From Phoronis australis (Eukaryota; Animalia; Phoronida), in NCBI GenBank assembly GCA_002633005.1, contig NMRA01000930.1:33858-95886 (forward strand): DNA of 62,029 nt, in the 5' to 3' direction. The notes under the pieces were generated by a model. That model did not search any database, was not told the origin of the DNA, and saw only the letters and a program-made list of their open reading frames with translations. This document shows, piece by piece, positions 1 to 13,879 of this stretch. Both the position numbers and the translations under genes were made by a program. Numbering within the stretch: position 1 is the stretch's first letter; every line of letters starts with the position of its first letter.

Positions 1-50
1 AGGGGGGGGGGGGGGTCGAGCCCCCCGAAACCACCCTGGGTGCGCGCATG
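1..50. mobile_element. Terminus of a G/C-run MITE (CATGCGCGCACCC-type end)
   Basis: Ends ...ccaccctgggtgcgcgcatg, the same terminal motif as the MITEs at 47371-47608 and 49721-54515. Confidence 0.5.
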
Positions 51-662
51 AATAATTGTCACTGGCTTTTGCCTAGCAAAACATACATCAATGGACTCGT
101 CACTTTTTTCATCCTGTCGAAAACTGTGCAAGGAATGCCATGTTTTGAGTCATTTCACATCAAAAGCCCCACAGATGACCAAAGAAACTTTATCGTGCCG
201 TGTATTTTTGGTCTTTTCTTTCATATTAAAAAGCAAGATAGGCTAAGAAAAAAGGGAAAATCCCCAAAACTACCATGTCCACGCACGCACAAGAAAATAT
301 TAGATTCTGAAAGCAAGCTTCCGAGAAATTCAAAATTGTGGTGCAACTGGTATGTTTTCATCAATTCTGGCTTGTTTGAGAGCTACCTGCCAATTTTTCA
401 GTCGCTACCCAGGAATGCATAAAGGCAACAGGGGCCGCCATGTTGAAAAAGAGTGTACCTACAGACGAGCAAATGACCTTTTCTCATTCTCAACATGCTT
501 ACAAATACAAACAATCCACATTCACTGAGCCTACATGCAACGTGTACCTAAAAACTGTCCACTAGATTTTGATCTTTTGTCACTGCAAGTTGGCTGCAAC
601 AGCAGCCTAATTGTTCAGTGCCACCTGTACGCCTATAGCTGATATTCAAAATGCAGCGCCAT

Positions 663-2742
663 AGACCCTATTCACGCCGACAGGAGGCGCATTCCAAAAC
701 GAGGCTCGCTACGATCGCTCTCTTAGCTTATCGGCATAGTTCTGTGTTTCAAACCGTGTTGTTCCGCGAACGGTCAGAAAAAATACGGACACGCAACTGT
801 CTGCTTCACAATCTCTCAAGACGTTGAGATTCGGAAGCGTTGGGTCGTTGCCGCGACGAAGCAAAATATGTCCGTGTAAAATTTATAAATGTTTTCGAAA
901 AGTTAGATCATATTTTGTCGCATGTCGGTCAGTTGTTAAGCATCATAGTAACGACCGGAGAATGGGCCAGCCAGGCTGTGTTTTTATGACTACGGATTAA
1001 GGGGGGGGGGGGTTTGGCATGGGCCCCCCTAAAATTGTATCAGATCCCATTTTTGAGTTCGGGTGCGAATTGCTGACTAGCACACGTACGCAACCAGGGC
1101 GGGTCTTGGGGGTGAATAAACATAACGTAAAATTGCCGTGAGGACTTGACAGGAACCTCAGGGGTCTCACACACCACTGATTTATCCACATTATTTTGGA
1201 AACGCTTTGCCCAGTCACACGTACATTGTGTGTCATAAAAGAGATAAGCATACTAGCAGCTGACGCAGCAAATACAACTACTCTCGTTTATCACATTGGT
1301 GTAGACTCACAGTTGAACTGTGGTTTTCTGTAGACTCCAGACCGTCCCGAGTTACACCATATACCAACTCGTGACGGACTCTCACGACGATTGAGCGTTA
1401 TGCAACGTATAGGCGCTGAATGAACCCCGTTTACCGTTTTTTTTAGTCAACAAGTCCGCAAACCCAAGAATTCAAGACCCCTGCATCCCCAGAGTTTAGG
1501 CTGGGCGCGCGCATCTGCCGAAATGCTGCTTATTCCTGTGCCCTGCCCCCCCTAACTGAAAATCCTGGATCCGCCTCTGCTAAGGGTTGAAACATTATAA
1601 TTTTTCTTTCTAAAATGGACTGGGCCCTCAATCCCTCAAATTTGGGGACCAATGTCGGCCCTATTCCCCTCTCAAACATATTGAAATATCACGCGAAATT
1701 ACCCCCACGAGGCATAAAAATTCCCCCAGTGAAAAATCTCTCTGAGTTCACATCACCTGTAACCACACAGGTGACAATTTTTAAGAGCACAAAAGACTAC
1801 TTTAAATTGAGGCAGAGCCTATGAGAGCTTGCAACAGGGCGGGGGTGCTATTGATGATGATCGGGAGGTAGATTGTTCCCGCCCTCACTCGGCGAAAAAA
1901 TCGCCTCTCAGTAGGCACTGGCACCGCTCCCCTCGAATGAAAGAGGCTTCTGCAGAAACATGATAACTATGATTCATTGTCCAGTTAACTGAAATTGAGT
2001 TCTAAAACGATGTTATGTTTTGGACGAACGAATTAGGTGTTTTAATTTTAAAATTCAACTTGGTCCAGATTGATATTTGAAATCTAAAACATGAAATAGA
2101 CGTAAGAATTATTTCAACCAAGAAAGCATTGATGGTCAAATAATTTTTATTTTCAATTAAGAGCCTGGTTTTTTATTTTAATGAAATATATTTAATAACA
2201 TCAATTATTCTTTCAGACCAATGACAAATCAACTGTTAGACCCAGTGAGTGCATATGATCAGGCTATGCTTGATGTTAATATTCTTGATCAACAAATTAA
2301 ACCAGATGTGACTAATTGCACATGACAGACACCACTGTCGAATATGTCTTCAACTCGTCAACAATACGGGCAGATGATCTGGTCCGCGTAGAAAGTATTT
2401 TGATCAACAATTTACAAGAAAAAACGTAACCCTGAATTCAGCATAATACCAAATCCGTAACACTACGATCGCCGCAATTTGGTCATATTTAGTTTTCATG
2501 TTTCGAACCTAGTTTTCCGAAAAAAATTAAACCCTTTCGCCAGACAACTCTTTGGCGCCTTAACTTGTTCTCTAATGTAATTTTCTACGTCTCTGTGGTT
2601 AATTGTCGACACATCATTAAAATTTAATATCCAGGTTGGACTCGAAAGACCGGCTATTTAACTCACGCAATGTCTACTTTCGCTTTGTTTATCGCAGTGA
2701 GCCTTGCTTTGGATCTTAATGGCCGCCGCGTGAATAGGGTCT
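663..2742 (+). mobile_element. Non-autonomous TIR DNA transposon, family A copy 1 (superfamily unresolved; ISL2EU/Harbinger-like or Academ-like)
   Basis: TIRs AGACCCTATTCACG (663) and CGTGAATAGGGTCT (2742). Segments 663-880 and about 1615-2742 recur inverted at 44035-44252 and 38519-39720. Confidence 0.75.
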
Positions 2743-5700
2743 GTATTGAAATTCACTTTCCCGCCAGATGGTGATCAGGACTTTGGCGGATAGGCGTCAC
2801 CAACAGAACCCACGTAAAGCGGACGGGAGATTTCAACCTTGGAATTTTTCCTGACATCACAATGCCTGCAAATTTGCAATACAAATGAGTGTGCTGTACA
2901 AATTACTTATGGAAAAAGGCCAACTTATTGAAATATCCATGGATAAAGGACATCAAGTTCTATACATTTCGTAATGCGAAGAAGAACACGCAGCTGCGAA
3001 GTCAGTGATTTCGACTGATAAAGCGGGAGAATTTCGATCTCAGCCGATGTCAATAATCTAAATTAAGGTATCGAATTCAGCGTAATCAAACAATGTGAGG
3101 GTATGACTGTTGGATTTTTTCCTTTGAATTAATGAACCTCTATATACAGTAGTAATTGAAAGTTTTCCCTCCCATTCTGAGTTGGGATCAAGCGGAAGTC
3201 GTGTCGAACACTTATTACTTTTGAGAGTGTGAATATAAAAAGTCCGTTATTAAAACACAATTATCAACATCGTTGGAGGAAAGTGATGAGTACGAACGAA
3301 CCTCCCCTTTCTTGCAGACAATCAGGGTGTTTCCACTTGCAATGGAGGTAACCCGTGATGACAAACTTAACTCTTTGTCAACCATTATTCAAGTCGCTTT
3401 TTTGCAGTTTAAGTTGTTATCATTGGTGTTAAATGTCAATTTGTCATTTTCAATTTTCAGGTATCTTCTTGGAATACGGCAGCACCGCAACGGTTTCATG
3501 CCAACAGCAATTCAAACACACTTCAGACACCAGGTTTGCGCAAAAATTTTACTCCTGCCTTAATTGTCCACTCATTTTCCACAAATGATACTGTCAAAGT
3601 TGTCATTTTCCATTTTTCAAAGGCTGGTTATTTACTTCAATTAACGGAAAGTTTATCAAAATTTTTTATGAAATCTACACTGTACAAACCATGCAAGTTA
3701 TTGGCTAATTTTTAATCTTCATTTAGTCATTTTTGTGGAGACACTTGACAAAATAGCATACCACTTATCGGCCGTATTTTGTGCTACAGGATTACCGTAC
3801 TCTGTGGGATGCGTATGAGCTCGTAATCACAGCTATGACAAGAATCGTCAAATTTGTTATTGGTTCCGGAATAGTTGTTGGTTGCACTGTTCAAGTTACA
3901 CAGAAATCCCGCAAAATATGCATTTTAGAATAAATACTACTGGAAAATATTAGGAAAATATAAATTTTCACAAATTTAAACGAGGATTTGAGAATATGTA
4001 GAGCAGTGGCTCTTAAAGATAGTGTTTCCTTTATATTCACCTACTTACTACAAAAAATGAGTTAATTGTCAATCGAAATATGTCACAAAAATTAACAAAT
4101 TTTTAAATTAGAGCAATGTCGTATTACCGTTGTTTTACTACTAATTTTTCAAAAAAATATAAAAAGTTAGCGGATATTCAGCGAAACCTCATTAATTATG
4201 CGGCGTTGCCATTAGAGTGATTACCCGTAATGCACACGAACCAGCTGACGAAAGAAAAAGAAGTCGAGCACAAGTCAAGTGAGTTAGGTGTTTTGACATT
4301 TGTTGTTAGCTAAACACAAGGGACCAGAAAGTACACCCTTTTGAAAATCACAGTTGTTATTCTTAGTCGTAAACCGCTGGATTAATTTGCTCTGCATATC
4401 AGTTCTATCAAGTATTTCTGTCACTATCCTGAGTCATTTGAAGTTGACCTATCCGTATAAGCCTTGTACGTTGTGTTCAGTTTCAAACCCGAGACCGAAA
4501 CTTAGTGGTTCATGACTTCGTTGAGCTTGGCTGTTAACTTTTCGTCTTCAGGGAGTTTATATAAAACCATTTCTTACAATTGACGATATCAATTACTTAC
4601 GAGAAATAAATTTCCTGAGTAACACTGTGATATTCAATATCCAGGGTTTGTAACTAATGGACCTAGGGCAGTGGGTGGAAAGGATTTCATGGCTGCATCT
4701 CTCAATTAAGCTACGATTCTCCAAACCCCAATCCTAGATCAGCAGATACAAAGCCTTCAATACATATCCCCATACCCATGCCAACCGAACCCAATTCCGA
4801 GAACAGATTCTTCACCTTTCACATTTGGTGAAGTCTCCTGTTCTTCAGGTATGGTACATGTCTGGTTTTATGTAAGTGTGGCTGTGGGATGTGTTTGTGT
4901 GTAAGTAAATGTACTTTTACTATGAGTTTAATGGCCATGAAATCGCTTTGAGACCCAGCTGAGTGTCATCTGGTGGTGCATGATGTCGACATTTTCGAAA
5001 AGTACGTTATTGGTATGTATTATATTAATATGCAAGTGTTTTGTATATTTAGTACTTGATTCTCCATTATTCAACACTTAGTTCCGTTCACATTATATTC
5101 GATTCCAAAGATATTCTGTAAAAAAATTTAATGACGTAATTGACTTGCTGGGCCTTGTTAGAAACTTATGTCTATAGAGGCCAACTTCCCTTTAACTGTA
5201 CTGATTCAGGCTCTGTCTGAGGTTTTTAATGAAAACTTAAATAACGCTGGTTTTAATGTTGACATTTTGGCTTTTTAACTCAATTTCACCTCACATTGTA
5301 TGACTCATACATGTAATTATCTAGTGACTTTCCGACGGATTAGCAATAAACATATTTTATGCCTATTAGAATTGACCTTGAAGCATAACAGGTCAACCTG
5401 TTCGGAAAACAAGAAGTTGTGGTAGGCAAGAGGGAGGGATCCACGCCATCGTGGAGGAATCGTGGAATCATTAAGAGGCTAGCCGGGAATTGTCGAAAGT
5501 CTTGTTGACAACAGAAAAAGTGTTATGTCAGGTATGAATCTAACTCTTGGATGGAAAATCTGCGTTGTCTTTGTACATGCTGGCAAATAAATCATACAAT
5601 TGTTACGAATAAAAGTTATAGTGTCATGAAAAATTTTGTTCTCATTAGTGTGAATGCAGTCAATGAATTACTCTCACTTTAGGATTGAGTCAATCGCATG

Positions 5701-8366
5701 AATGAGTCCAGGAATTGATAGACCTAGTGTTGCATATTAGGTACTTTGAACTGGAGTCTCCATTGAATTAAACAGATATACAGGTCATAAAATTAAAATC
5801 ATTTCGTGAAGAAAAATACAAGTAAATCTATTCAAATTTCTGTTATAAATCCGATCCAAAAACCAACTAAATGTCAATTTACAAAAGCATTTGTGAGCTC
5901 ATAGTCTGCAATTATGAAAAAATTCTATACATTTTGATTGTCAAATACAGAAAATCAACCCTCGTCAACAAGTTGTTGCTTATAATTCATTTACAAGAAA
6001 CATATGTTACTACTCAGTTCCTTTTTAAATCTACAGTAATGCGAAAACCGCATGAAAATATATTTTACCATTGCTTTCAGGATTTCCAAGTGTTTTGCCT
6101 GTATGAAGGTGTACTTGGCTTAGACTAACTGCAACGAAATGATGTGATGGCACTGAGGCCAAAGACCGATCAGAATACGTCAAACGTCATCAAGCATAAA
6201 GAAATATTATCTTGTGGCAACATGCACATCTTGGGAAACATGTGCGCAGAGTTGCCTGTTGTGTTTGGACAATTTAATTTTTACAAACCCTTTGCGACAT
6301 GCACGCTAAACAGATGTAGTTGAGCATTGAATGTTGGTACTTTGGTGAACTTGCTTTTGAACAATTGCTAGTTCTTCTGTGAGATGAAAACATTTCACTG
6401 TTATTGCTAACATTTCATTGTCACCAGAGTAATTCTGTGGTTCAAAGTGAGAGATCTTTGCCACAACTTCAGGTTGGCGCACCAAAACATGAGTGTCAGA
6501 TAACTAGTTCCAAATGTTTCAGCATTCATCCAGTGGCTCTAATGTTAACTGTCAATCTCTGTTGACAATTTCCACCAGAAAATTCATTGTCAACATTCCT
6601 TGTTGTCTATATTTCTATTGCTACTCAACATTTCATAAACGCATTGTATAGACATAACGTGTGCCAGTCTTCAATGGATTTTAAGTGCAAGAGAAGTTTG
6701 TATCAGTCATATTCAGGTTTTTTGATTTTTGAAACTTTTATTAGTTTTGAACATATATTTATAAGTACCTATTAGGAGTATGTCATTTAGCCGCAAAATT
6801 TGCCCAATTCGTAAAATTGTACGGTGTTCCATACTTTTGTTTTGCCTTGGACACCGGAGGTATCGACCATCCAAAATTAAAGGTTACGATGATTTTAAAG
6901 GGTAATTTGTTGGCTGATATGTCTATTGTCACACTGAAAGTAAAAAAAATCTGAGACAGGGTTCCCTGTGTTTGACAGTAAATACAAATAATTCGAAGAA
7001 AAAAGTCAATTTCTGACAAAAAGTTCTGAAGTTCCGTAGCATTTGCAATGAATTATAGCAAGTAATCTGCTACTCACATACATGTAACAAACCTTACTTA
7101 CAAGCAATGATGTTGAACACCACCACTCTCAAATTCAAGATGTCTAAATGCAGGTTTTTAAAATAAATGTGAATTACCTAAGCAGAAAAACAGTACTGAA
7201 CAAAGCATAAATAATTTTAAGTCACCAGAAGCTTTATGGTGACCCTTGACAGCCAAAAGTATGTCTGCTAATATCTACCTCTCAATGACCCACATGCAGA
7301 CAAACCACAGACGGTACAAATTTTGGTGAGAAAATATTTAGAATCAAGAGAACTATCCAATGGTAAATCTGAGTTAAAACAGGTAATAAAAGTACCAGCT
7401 GTATCACCATGCCGAAAGTGGCACTGTAAACCACACACTCCTTAAAGAAACTGTATGCACAAGGCTTCGAATGACCAATGACAAAAAAGAGGAAAAATTT
7501 CCAGGTGATGTATCGTTCCACAATTAAATAAGCTTCCCTGACAGATTTTTTTGTGTTATCAAGTTTAATTGAAATAAAATTTTTGCATGAATAAACTCAA
7601 AATAATGATCAAAAAGATACGAAAAAGATTAAAGTGGGAATCTAATAAGGGGAAATCGAAGCCAAAAAAGAGGAAATCCTCTTAAAAGACGAAAATTGCA
7701 AGCCCTAAATGTTTCCATTCTGTGACTATACAAATTGCCCATGGCAGAGTTTGAAAGTCAACAGCCACACTGAACATGGTAATTTCTGGTCATATCATGG
7801 CTATAAACCAAAGTGCACATCCAGCAACAAAGAAAGGCACATGTTGACTGAATAACACATACTTGCCATATCAGCTTAAATAATCTCCGTCAGGTGGCAT
7901 CTTTGACGTAAAGATATCTGCTGATGGCAATCGTTCGAAGACAGCAAAGTTCTCAGCGGGATACATTCTGTTCATAGATGCGTTTTTGTCTTACATGTTT
8001 TGGAACCGGGTCTTCGCAATTAATTCCATCAGTTCGTTGATATCGTCATTGCTCTTAGAAGCTTTCAAAGGAAGAGACAACCGATTTCTGCTCTTCATCT
8101 TGAAGATGACGTGCTGCTTCATAAAGAATATCAAATATTTCAATTTCATTGTCAGAAATTAAACTGAATGTACCAATCACTTACCCACATGAAGAGTGTG
8201 AAACATGATTAGTGTATTTAGTACCTATTTCTAATAGCTTTACAAATTTCAAGAGGAAAAAAATACAAATAAAAGGATTTGTCAAAGGGTGCCCAATTGT
8301 TCCCTACCACATAGGGCGTCCTGAGTTTTATGATTATTCAGGACCTCCATGACCAATGACTAGAAT

Positions 8367-11300
8367 AACTAGAAAGATTATTGTCACGGCGTGACAATAA
8401 CGGACTCTGCGCGTGCGTATTACTGGAATTATGGAAAGTTAATGACAACAACCCATTTACCAATAAGAAAATGAATTCTTTAAAATTGTAGGAGAAATTA
8501 CACATTAATTTTTTGATGACCTTTCCACTAATTGACCTCTTCCGGTGCGTTATGAGCCCCGATGAGGAAGTAATTATTAACTAGTTTAAAAGTGTGGTTA
8601 ATGCTAAAAATCACAGATGTTTTACTTTAAGCAATTCAGAATACAAGATGAATGGACTGGTCAAAATTTCAGAAGAAAAATGCACCCAATGACCCCATGG
8701 GTGCACCAAATGACCTGAAAATTTAGAATTCAAACTCAGTCAGAATTAGTGAACAGATATGAAATTTTGAAGTCTCTAGCTCAAAATTTTAGTTTGCACT
8801 CAATGATCTTTGACCTATTATTTCTGATTGGTTAGGCCTATTGCGAAGTAAGGTAGGGCATTCAATTGGCATGTTGACCTACCCAAGTGTGCTAAAATTG
8901 AAAAGAATTCCTTGAAAAACGTAAGAGATATAACATTTTGAACGTTACATGACCTTTGCACTAATTGACCTTATCCGGTGCATTATAAGCATCTTTAGGA
9001 GAATTAATTCAAAGCCCATTAAAAATGTGTTTAATGCTGAGAATCACAGTTGTCTGACGGTTGACACATCAGAATACTTGCTGATTGAAAAGGTCAAATT
9101 TTCAGAAGAAAAATGCACCTAATGAACCCACGTTTGCACTAAATGACCTGAAACTTATGATTCCGAATTGAATTTCCTGTGCCAATCAGACCTGTTAAAT
9201 TGAAGTGTCTAGCTCAAATTTTTAGTTTGCGCCTAATGACCTTTGACCTATTTCACCTGAATGGATGACCCGATTACTTAGAAAAGTATTTTTTAAATTG
9301 CCTTATTGACTTATACCTGTGTACCGAATTTGAAAAGAATAGCTTTTGAAATACAAAAGGAGTAGCATTTTGAAAATTACATGACCTTTGCACCAAATGA
9401 CCTCTTCCGGTGCATTACTGAATATGAATATATAACGAATCAAAATTTATATACTGCCTAAAATCATATGTTAAATTTGAAGAAAATACCTGCACCCATT
9501 TTGGAGTTATTAAGCCTCAAAGTTGGTCGGAAGAATAAGAATAAGAATAAGAACTAGAAAGATTATTGTCACGGCGTGACAATAACGGACTCTGCGCGTG
9601 TGTATTACTGGAATTATTATGGAAAGTTACTGAAAGCAACCTATTTACCAATGTGAAAAGGAATTCTTTAAAATTGTAGGAGAAACAACATTAATTTTTT
9701 GATGACCTTTCCACTAATTGACCTCTTCCGGTACATGTACATTATGAGCCCTGATGAGGGAGTAACTGTTAACTGGATTAAAAGTTTGGTTAATGCTAAA
9801 AATCACAGATGTTTTACTTTGAGCACTTCAGAATACAAGATGAATGAATTGGTCAAATTTTCAGAAGAAAAATGCACCTAATGACCCCATGGGTGCACCA
9901 AATGACCTGAAAATTTAGAATTCAAACTCAATCGCACTTAATAAACAGATACGTAATTCTGAAGTCTATCGCTCAAAATTTTAGTTTGCATTCAATGAAC
10001 TTTGACCTATTTTTTTCTGATTGGTTAGTCTTATTGCAAAGTAAAATAGGGTATTCAATTGGCATGTTGACTTACACCAGTGTGCTGAAATTGAAATGAA
10101 TTCCTGGAAAAACGTAAGACATATAACATTTTGAACGTTACATGATCTTTGCACTAATTGACCTTATCCGATGCATTTTAAGCATCTTTAGGAGAATTAT
10201 TGCAAAGCCCATGGAAAATGTGTTTAATGCTGAGAATCACAGTTGTCTAACGGTTGACACATCAGAGTACTTGCTGATTGAAAAGGTCAAATTTTCAGAA
10301 GAAAAATGCACCTAATGACCCCATGTTTGCACTAAGTGACCTGAAACTTTAGATTCCAAATTGAGTTACCTGTGGCAATCAGACCTGTCAATTTGAAGTG
10401 TATAGCTCAAAATTTTAGTTTGCACCTAATGACCTTTGACCTATTTCACCTGATTGGATTAACTGATTACTTAGAAAAGTAATTTTTTAAATTGTCATGC
10501 TGACTTATACCTGTGCACCGAATTTGAAAAAATAGCTTTAAAACTGAAGGAGGAGTAGCATTTTGAAAATTATATGACCTTTGCACTAAACGACCTCTTC
10601 TGGTGCAATATGGAATATAATTATAAAACCAATCAAAATTTATATACTGTCAAAAGTCATACGCTGAATTTCAAGACCGTACTTGCACCCAATTTGGAGT
10701 TATTAAGCCTCAAAGTTGGTCGGAAGAAGAGTAAGAAGAATAAGAATAAGAACTAGAAAGATTATTGTCACGGCGTGACAATAACGGACTCTGCGCGTGC
10801 GTATTACTGGAAATATTATGGGAATTTACTGACAGCAACCCGTTTACCAATATGAAAAGGAATTCTTTAAAATTGTAGGAGAAATTACATATTAATTTTT
10901 GATGACCTTTCCACTAATTGACCTCTTCCGGTGCATTATGAGCCCCGATGAGGGAGTAAATGTTAACGCGATTAAAAGTGTGGTTAATGCTAATAATCAC
11001 AGATGTTTTACTTTAAGCACTTCAGAATACAAGATGAATGAAGTGGTCAAACTTTCAGAAGAAAAATGCACCTAATGACCCCATGGGTGCACTAAATGAC
11101 CTGAAAATTTAGAATTCAAACTCAATCGCACTTAGTAAACAGATACGTAATTCTGAAGTCTCTAGCTCAAAATTTTAGTTTGCACTCAATGACCTTTGGC
11201 CTATTTTTCTGATTGGTTAGGCTTATTTGCGAAGTAAAGTAGGGTATTCACTTGGCATGTTGACTTACACCAGTGTGCTGAAATTGAAAAGAATTCCTTG

Positions 11301-12891
11301 AAAAACGTAAGCTATAACATTTTGAACGCTACATGACCTTTGCACTAATTGACCTTATCCGGTGCATTTTAAGCATCTTTAGGAGAATTATTGCAAAGCC
11401 CATGGAAAATGTGTTTAACGCTGAGAATCACAGTTGTCTAACGGTTGACACATTACAATACTTGCTGATTGAAAAGGTCAAATTTTCAGAAGAAATATGC
11501 ACCTAATGACCCCATGTTTGCACTAAATGACCTGAAACTTGGGATTCCGATTTTATTTACCTGTGGCAATCAGACCTGTCAATTTGAAGTGTCTAGCTCA
11601 AAATTATAGTTTGCACCTAATGACCTTTGACCTATTTCATCTGATTGGATGACCTGATTACTTAGAAAAGTAATTTTTTAAATTGTCATGTTGACATATA
11701 CCTGTGCACCGAATTTGAAAAAGTTAGCTTAAAAACTGAAGGAGGAGTAGCATTTTGAAAATTATATGACCTTTGCACCAAACGACCTCTTCCGGTGCAA
11801 TATGGAATATGATTATATAATCAATCAAAATTTATATACTGTCAAAATTCATATGCTGAATTTAAAGACCGTACCTGCACCCAATTTGGAGTTATTAAGT
11901 TTCAAAGTTAGTCGGAAGAAGAATAAGAAGAATAAGAATAAGAATAAGAATAAAATTGAAGAAAACCCAGGAACAACAGTACTCTGCGCGTACACGCGCA
12001 GAGTAACTAGAAAGATTATTGTCACGGCGTGACAATAACGGACTCTGCGCGTGCGTATTACTGGAATTATTATGGGAAGTTACTGACAGCAACCCGTTTA
12101 CCAATATGAAAAGGAATTCTTTAAAAGTGTAGGAGAAATTACATAATTATTTATTTTTTGATGACCTTTCCACTAATTGACCTCTTCCAGTGCATTATGA
12201 GCCCCGATGAGGGAGTAATTGTTAACTCGATTAAAAGTGTCGTTAATGCTAATAATCACAGATGTTTTACTTTAAGCACTTCAGAATATAAAATGAATGA
12301 AGTGGTCAAACTTTCAGAAGAAAAATGCACCTAATGACCCCATGGGTACACCAAATGACCTGAAAATTTAGAATTCGAACTCAATCGCACTTAGAAAAAA
12401 AAACGTAATTCTGAAGCCTCTAGCTCAAAATGTTAGTTTGCACTCAATGACCTTTGACCTATTTTTTCTGATTGGTTAGGCCTATTGCAAAGTATACTAG
12501 GGTATTCAATTGGCATGTTGTCTTACACCAATGTGCTGAAATTGAAAAGAATTCCTTGAAAAGCGTAAGACATATAACATTTTGAACGTTACATGACCTT
12601 TGACCAAATGACCTCTTTCGGTGCAATATGGAATATGATTATATAACGAATCAAAATTTATGTACTGCCAAAAATCACATGCAGAATTTAAAGAACATAC
12701 CTGCACCCATCTTGGAGTTATTAAGCCTCAAAGTTGGTCGGAAGAAGAATAAGAATAAGAATAAGAATAACAATAAGAATAAAATTGAAGAAATCCCAGG
12801 AACAGCAGTACTCTGCGCTTACACGCACAGAGTAATAAAATTGAAGAAAACCCAGGAACAACAGTACTCTGCGCTTACACGCGCAGAGTAA
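8367..12891 (-). mobile_element. Tandem/nested array of about 1.2 kb Helentron-associated (HINE/DINE-1-like) elements, family 1
   Basis: Four units start AACTAGAAAG at 8367, 9552, 10751 and 12005, each followed by hairpin TTATTGTCAC-ggc-GTGACAATAA and subTIR ACTCTGCGCGTG. Each has a roughly 430 bp internal subrepeat and an (AAGAAT)n microsatellite. The opposite terminus is ACTCTGCGCGTA-CACGCGCAGAGTAA, ending near 12005, 12835 and 12891. This is the DINE-1/HINE layout. Confidence 0.8.
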
Positions 12892-13879
12892 TGAGTTCTC
12901 ATAGGTCTGCAATAAAGTTTATCCTATCTGACAGCATGACTTAAACTAATTTTTTGATTCTGGACAGATCTGTTAGCTTCCAGGGCTGTTGTTAGTTAAA
13001 AGAAACTCCAACGCTTACTTGTATACTTCGGCATCAAAATGATTAAGAATGATTCCATATAAAAACCATATGAAAATGAAAAATCACTATATACTCAAAA
13101 ATTCATACAGAGTTAATACTTTGTGCATGTGTTGGGATGCTGGCCCAAAGTACACTGCTGCAATATTTGCACTCAATGACCTTTGGTTACCGAGATATGG
13201 CCTATTTGGCTATAAAGGCATATTTTGCATTTTTTCATGTCAATAAAACTGTATTTTTTGAACGGCAAAAAATCAGACTTAGAAAACTGGTGACACAGTT
13301 TGACGTTGATGGTCATAAAGACTCATGTAAGGTTAGTAAGAAAATGAAATTTGCAACTCATAGGAACAATTAAATTTCCAGCAGGGGAGAAAACTCCGTG
13401 ACCACTTTTCAGGCCAGTCAATAGTGGCAAGATGTTGCTTAACCTGCCTGCTATATCGGATTATATTTGAAGTTGAAATTATCCTTGTAGACACTTCCAA
13501 GATTGAACTTTGATAATTGCTTTTAAAAAAACTTGTCTGTTATATACTTAGTGCCAAACGTGGCCCTCGAATTTTGGCATTTTTGTGATGTGGCCTTAGT
13601 CTGACTGACAAGAGAATTGAGGCTACAATTTAGAGATATCACCTAAAATATATGATCTAATATCAACAATGCAATATCACAAAAATTTAAATTTCACTTT
13701 TGAGACCCCAATTTTCTAAAACACTCCATGCTTTGTTTAACTTTACCAATAGCACTTTAGGGTTCGAGATTACATTCACTTCCTGTCACTAAAGAATATG
13801 GAGGAATTTCCTTCTTGTACATTTGGTTAATTTTCGTTACATAAGTGCAATCGTGGAGGAAATGTGGCCTTCATTAGCT

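Noticed and set aside
48-7521. Short ORFs in the first 7.5 kb treated as genes
   Set aside because: They lack recognisable domains, several overlap repeats, and their lengths are consistent with chance ORFs.
8367-12891. CRISPR-like array, suggested by the recurring palindromic 50-mer
   Set aside because: The intervening 1.2 kb segments are homologous to each other rather than unique spacers, there are no cas genes, and the context is eukaryotic.
10574-12912. KNKNKN-rich and ILILIL-rich ORFs
   Set aside because: They are translations of the (AAGAAT)n microsatellite in the HINE units.
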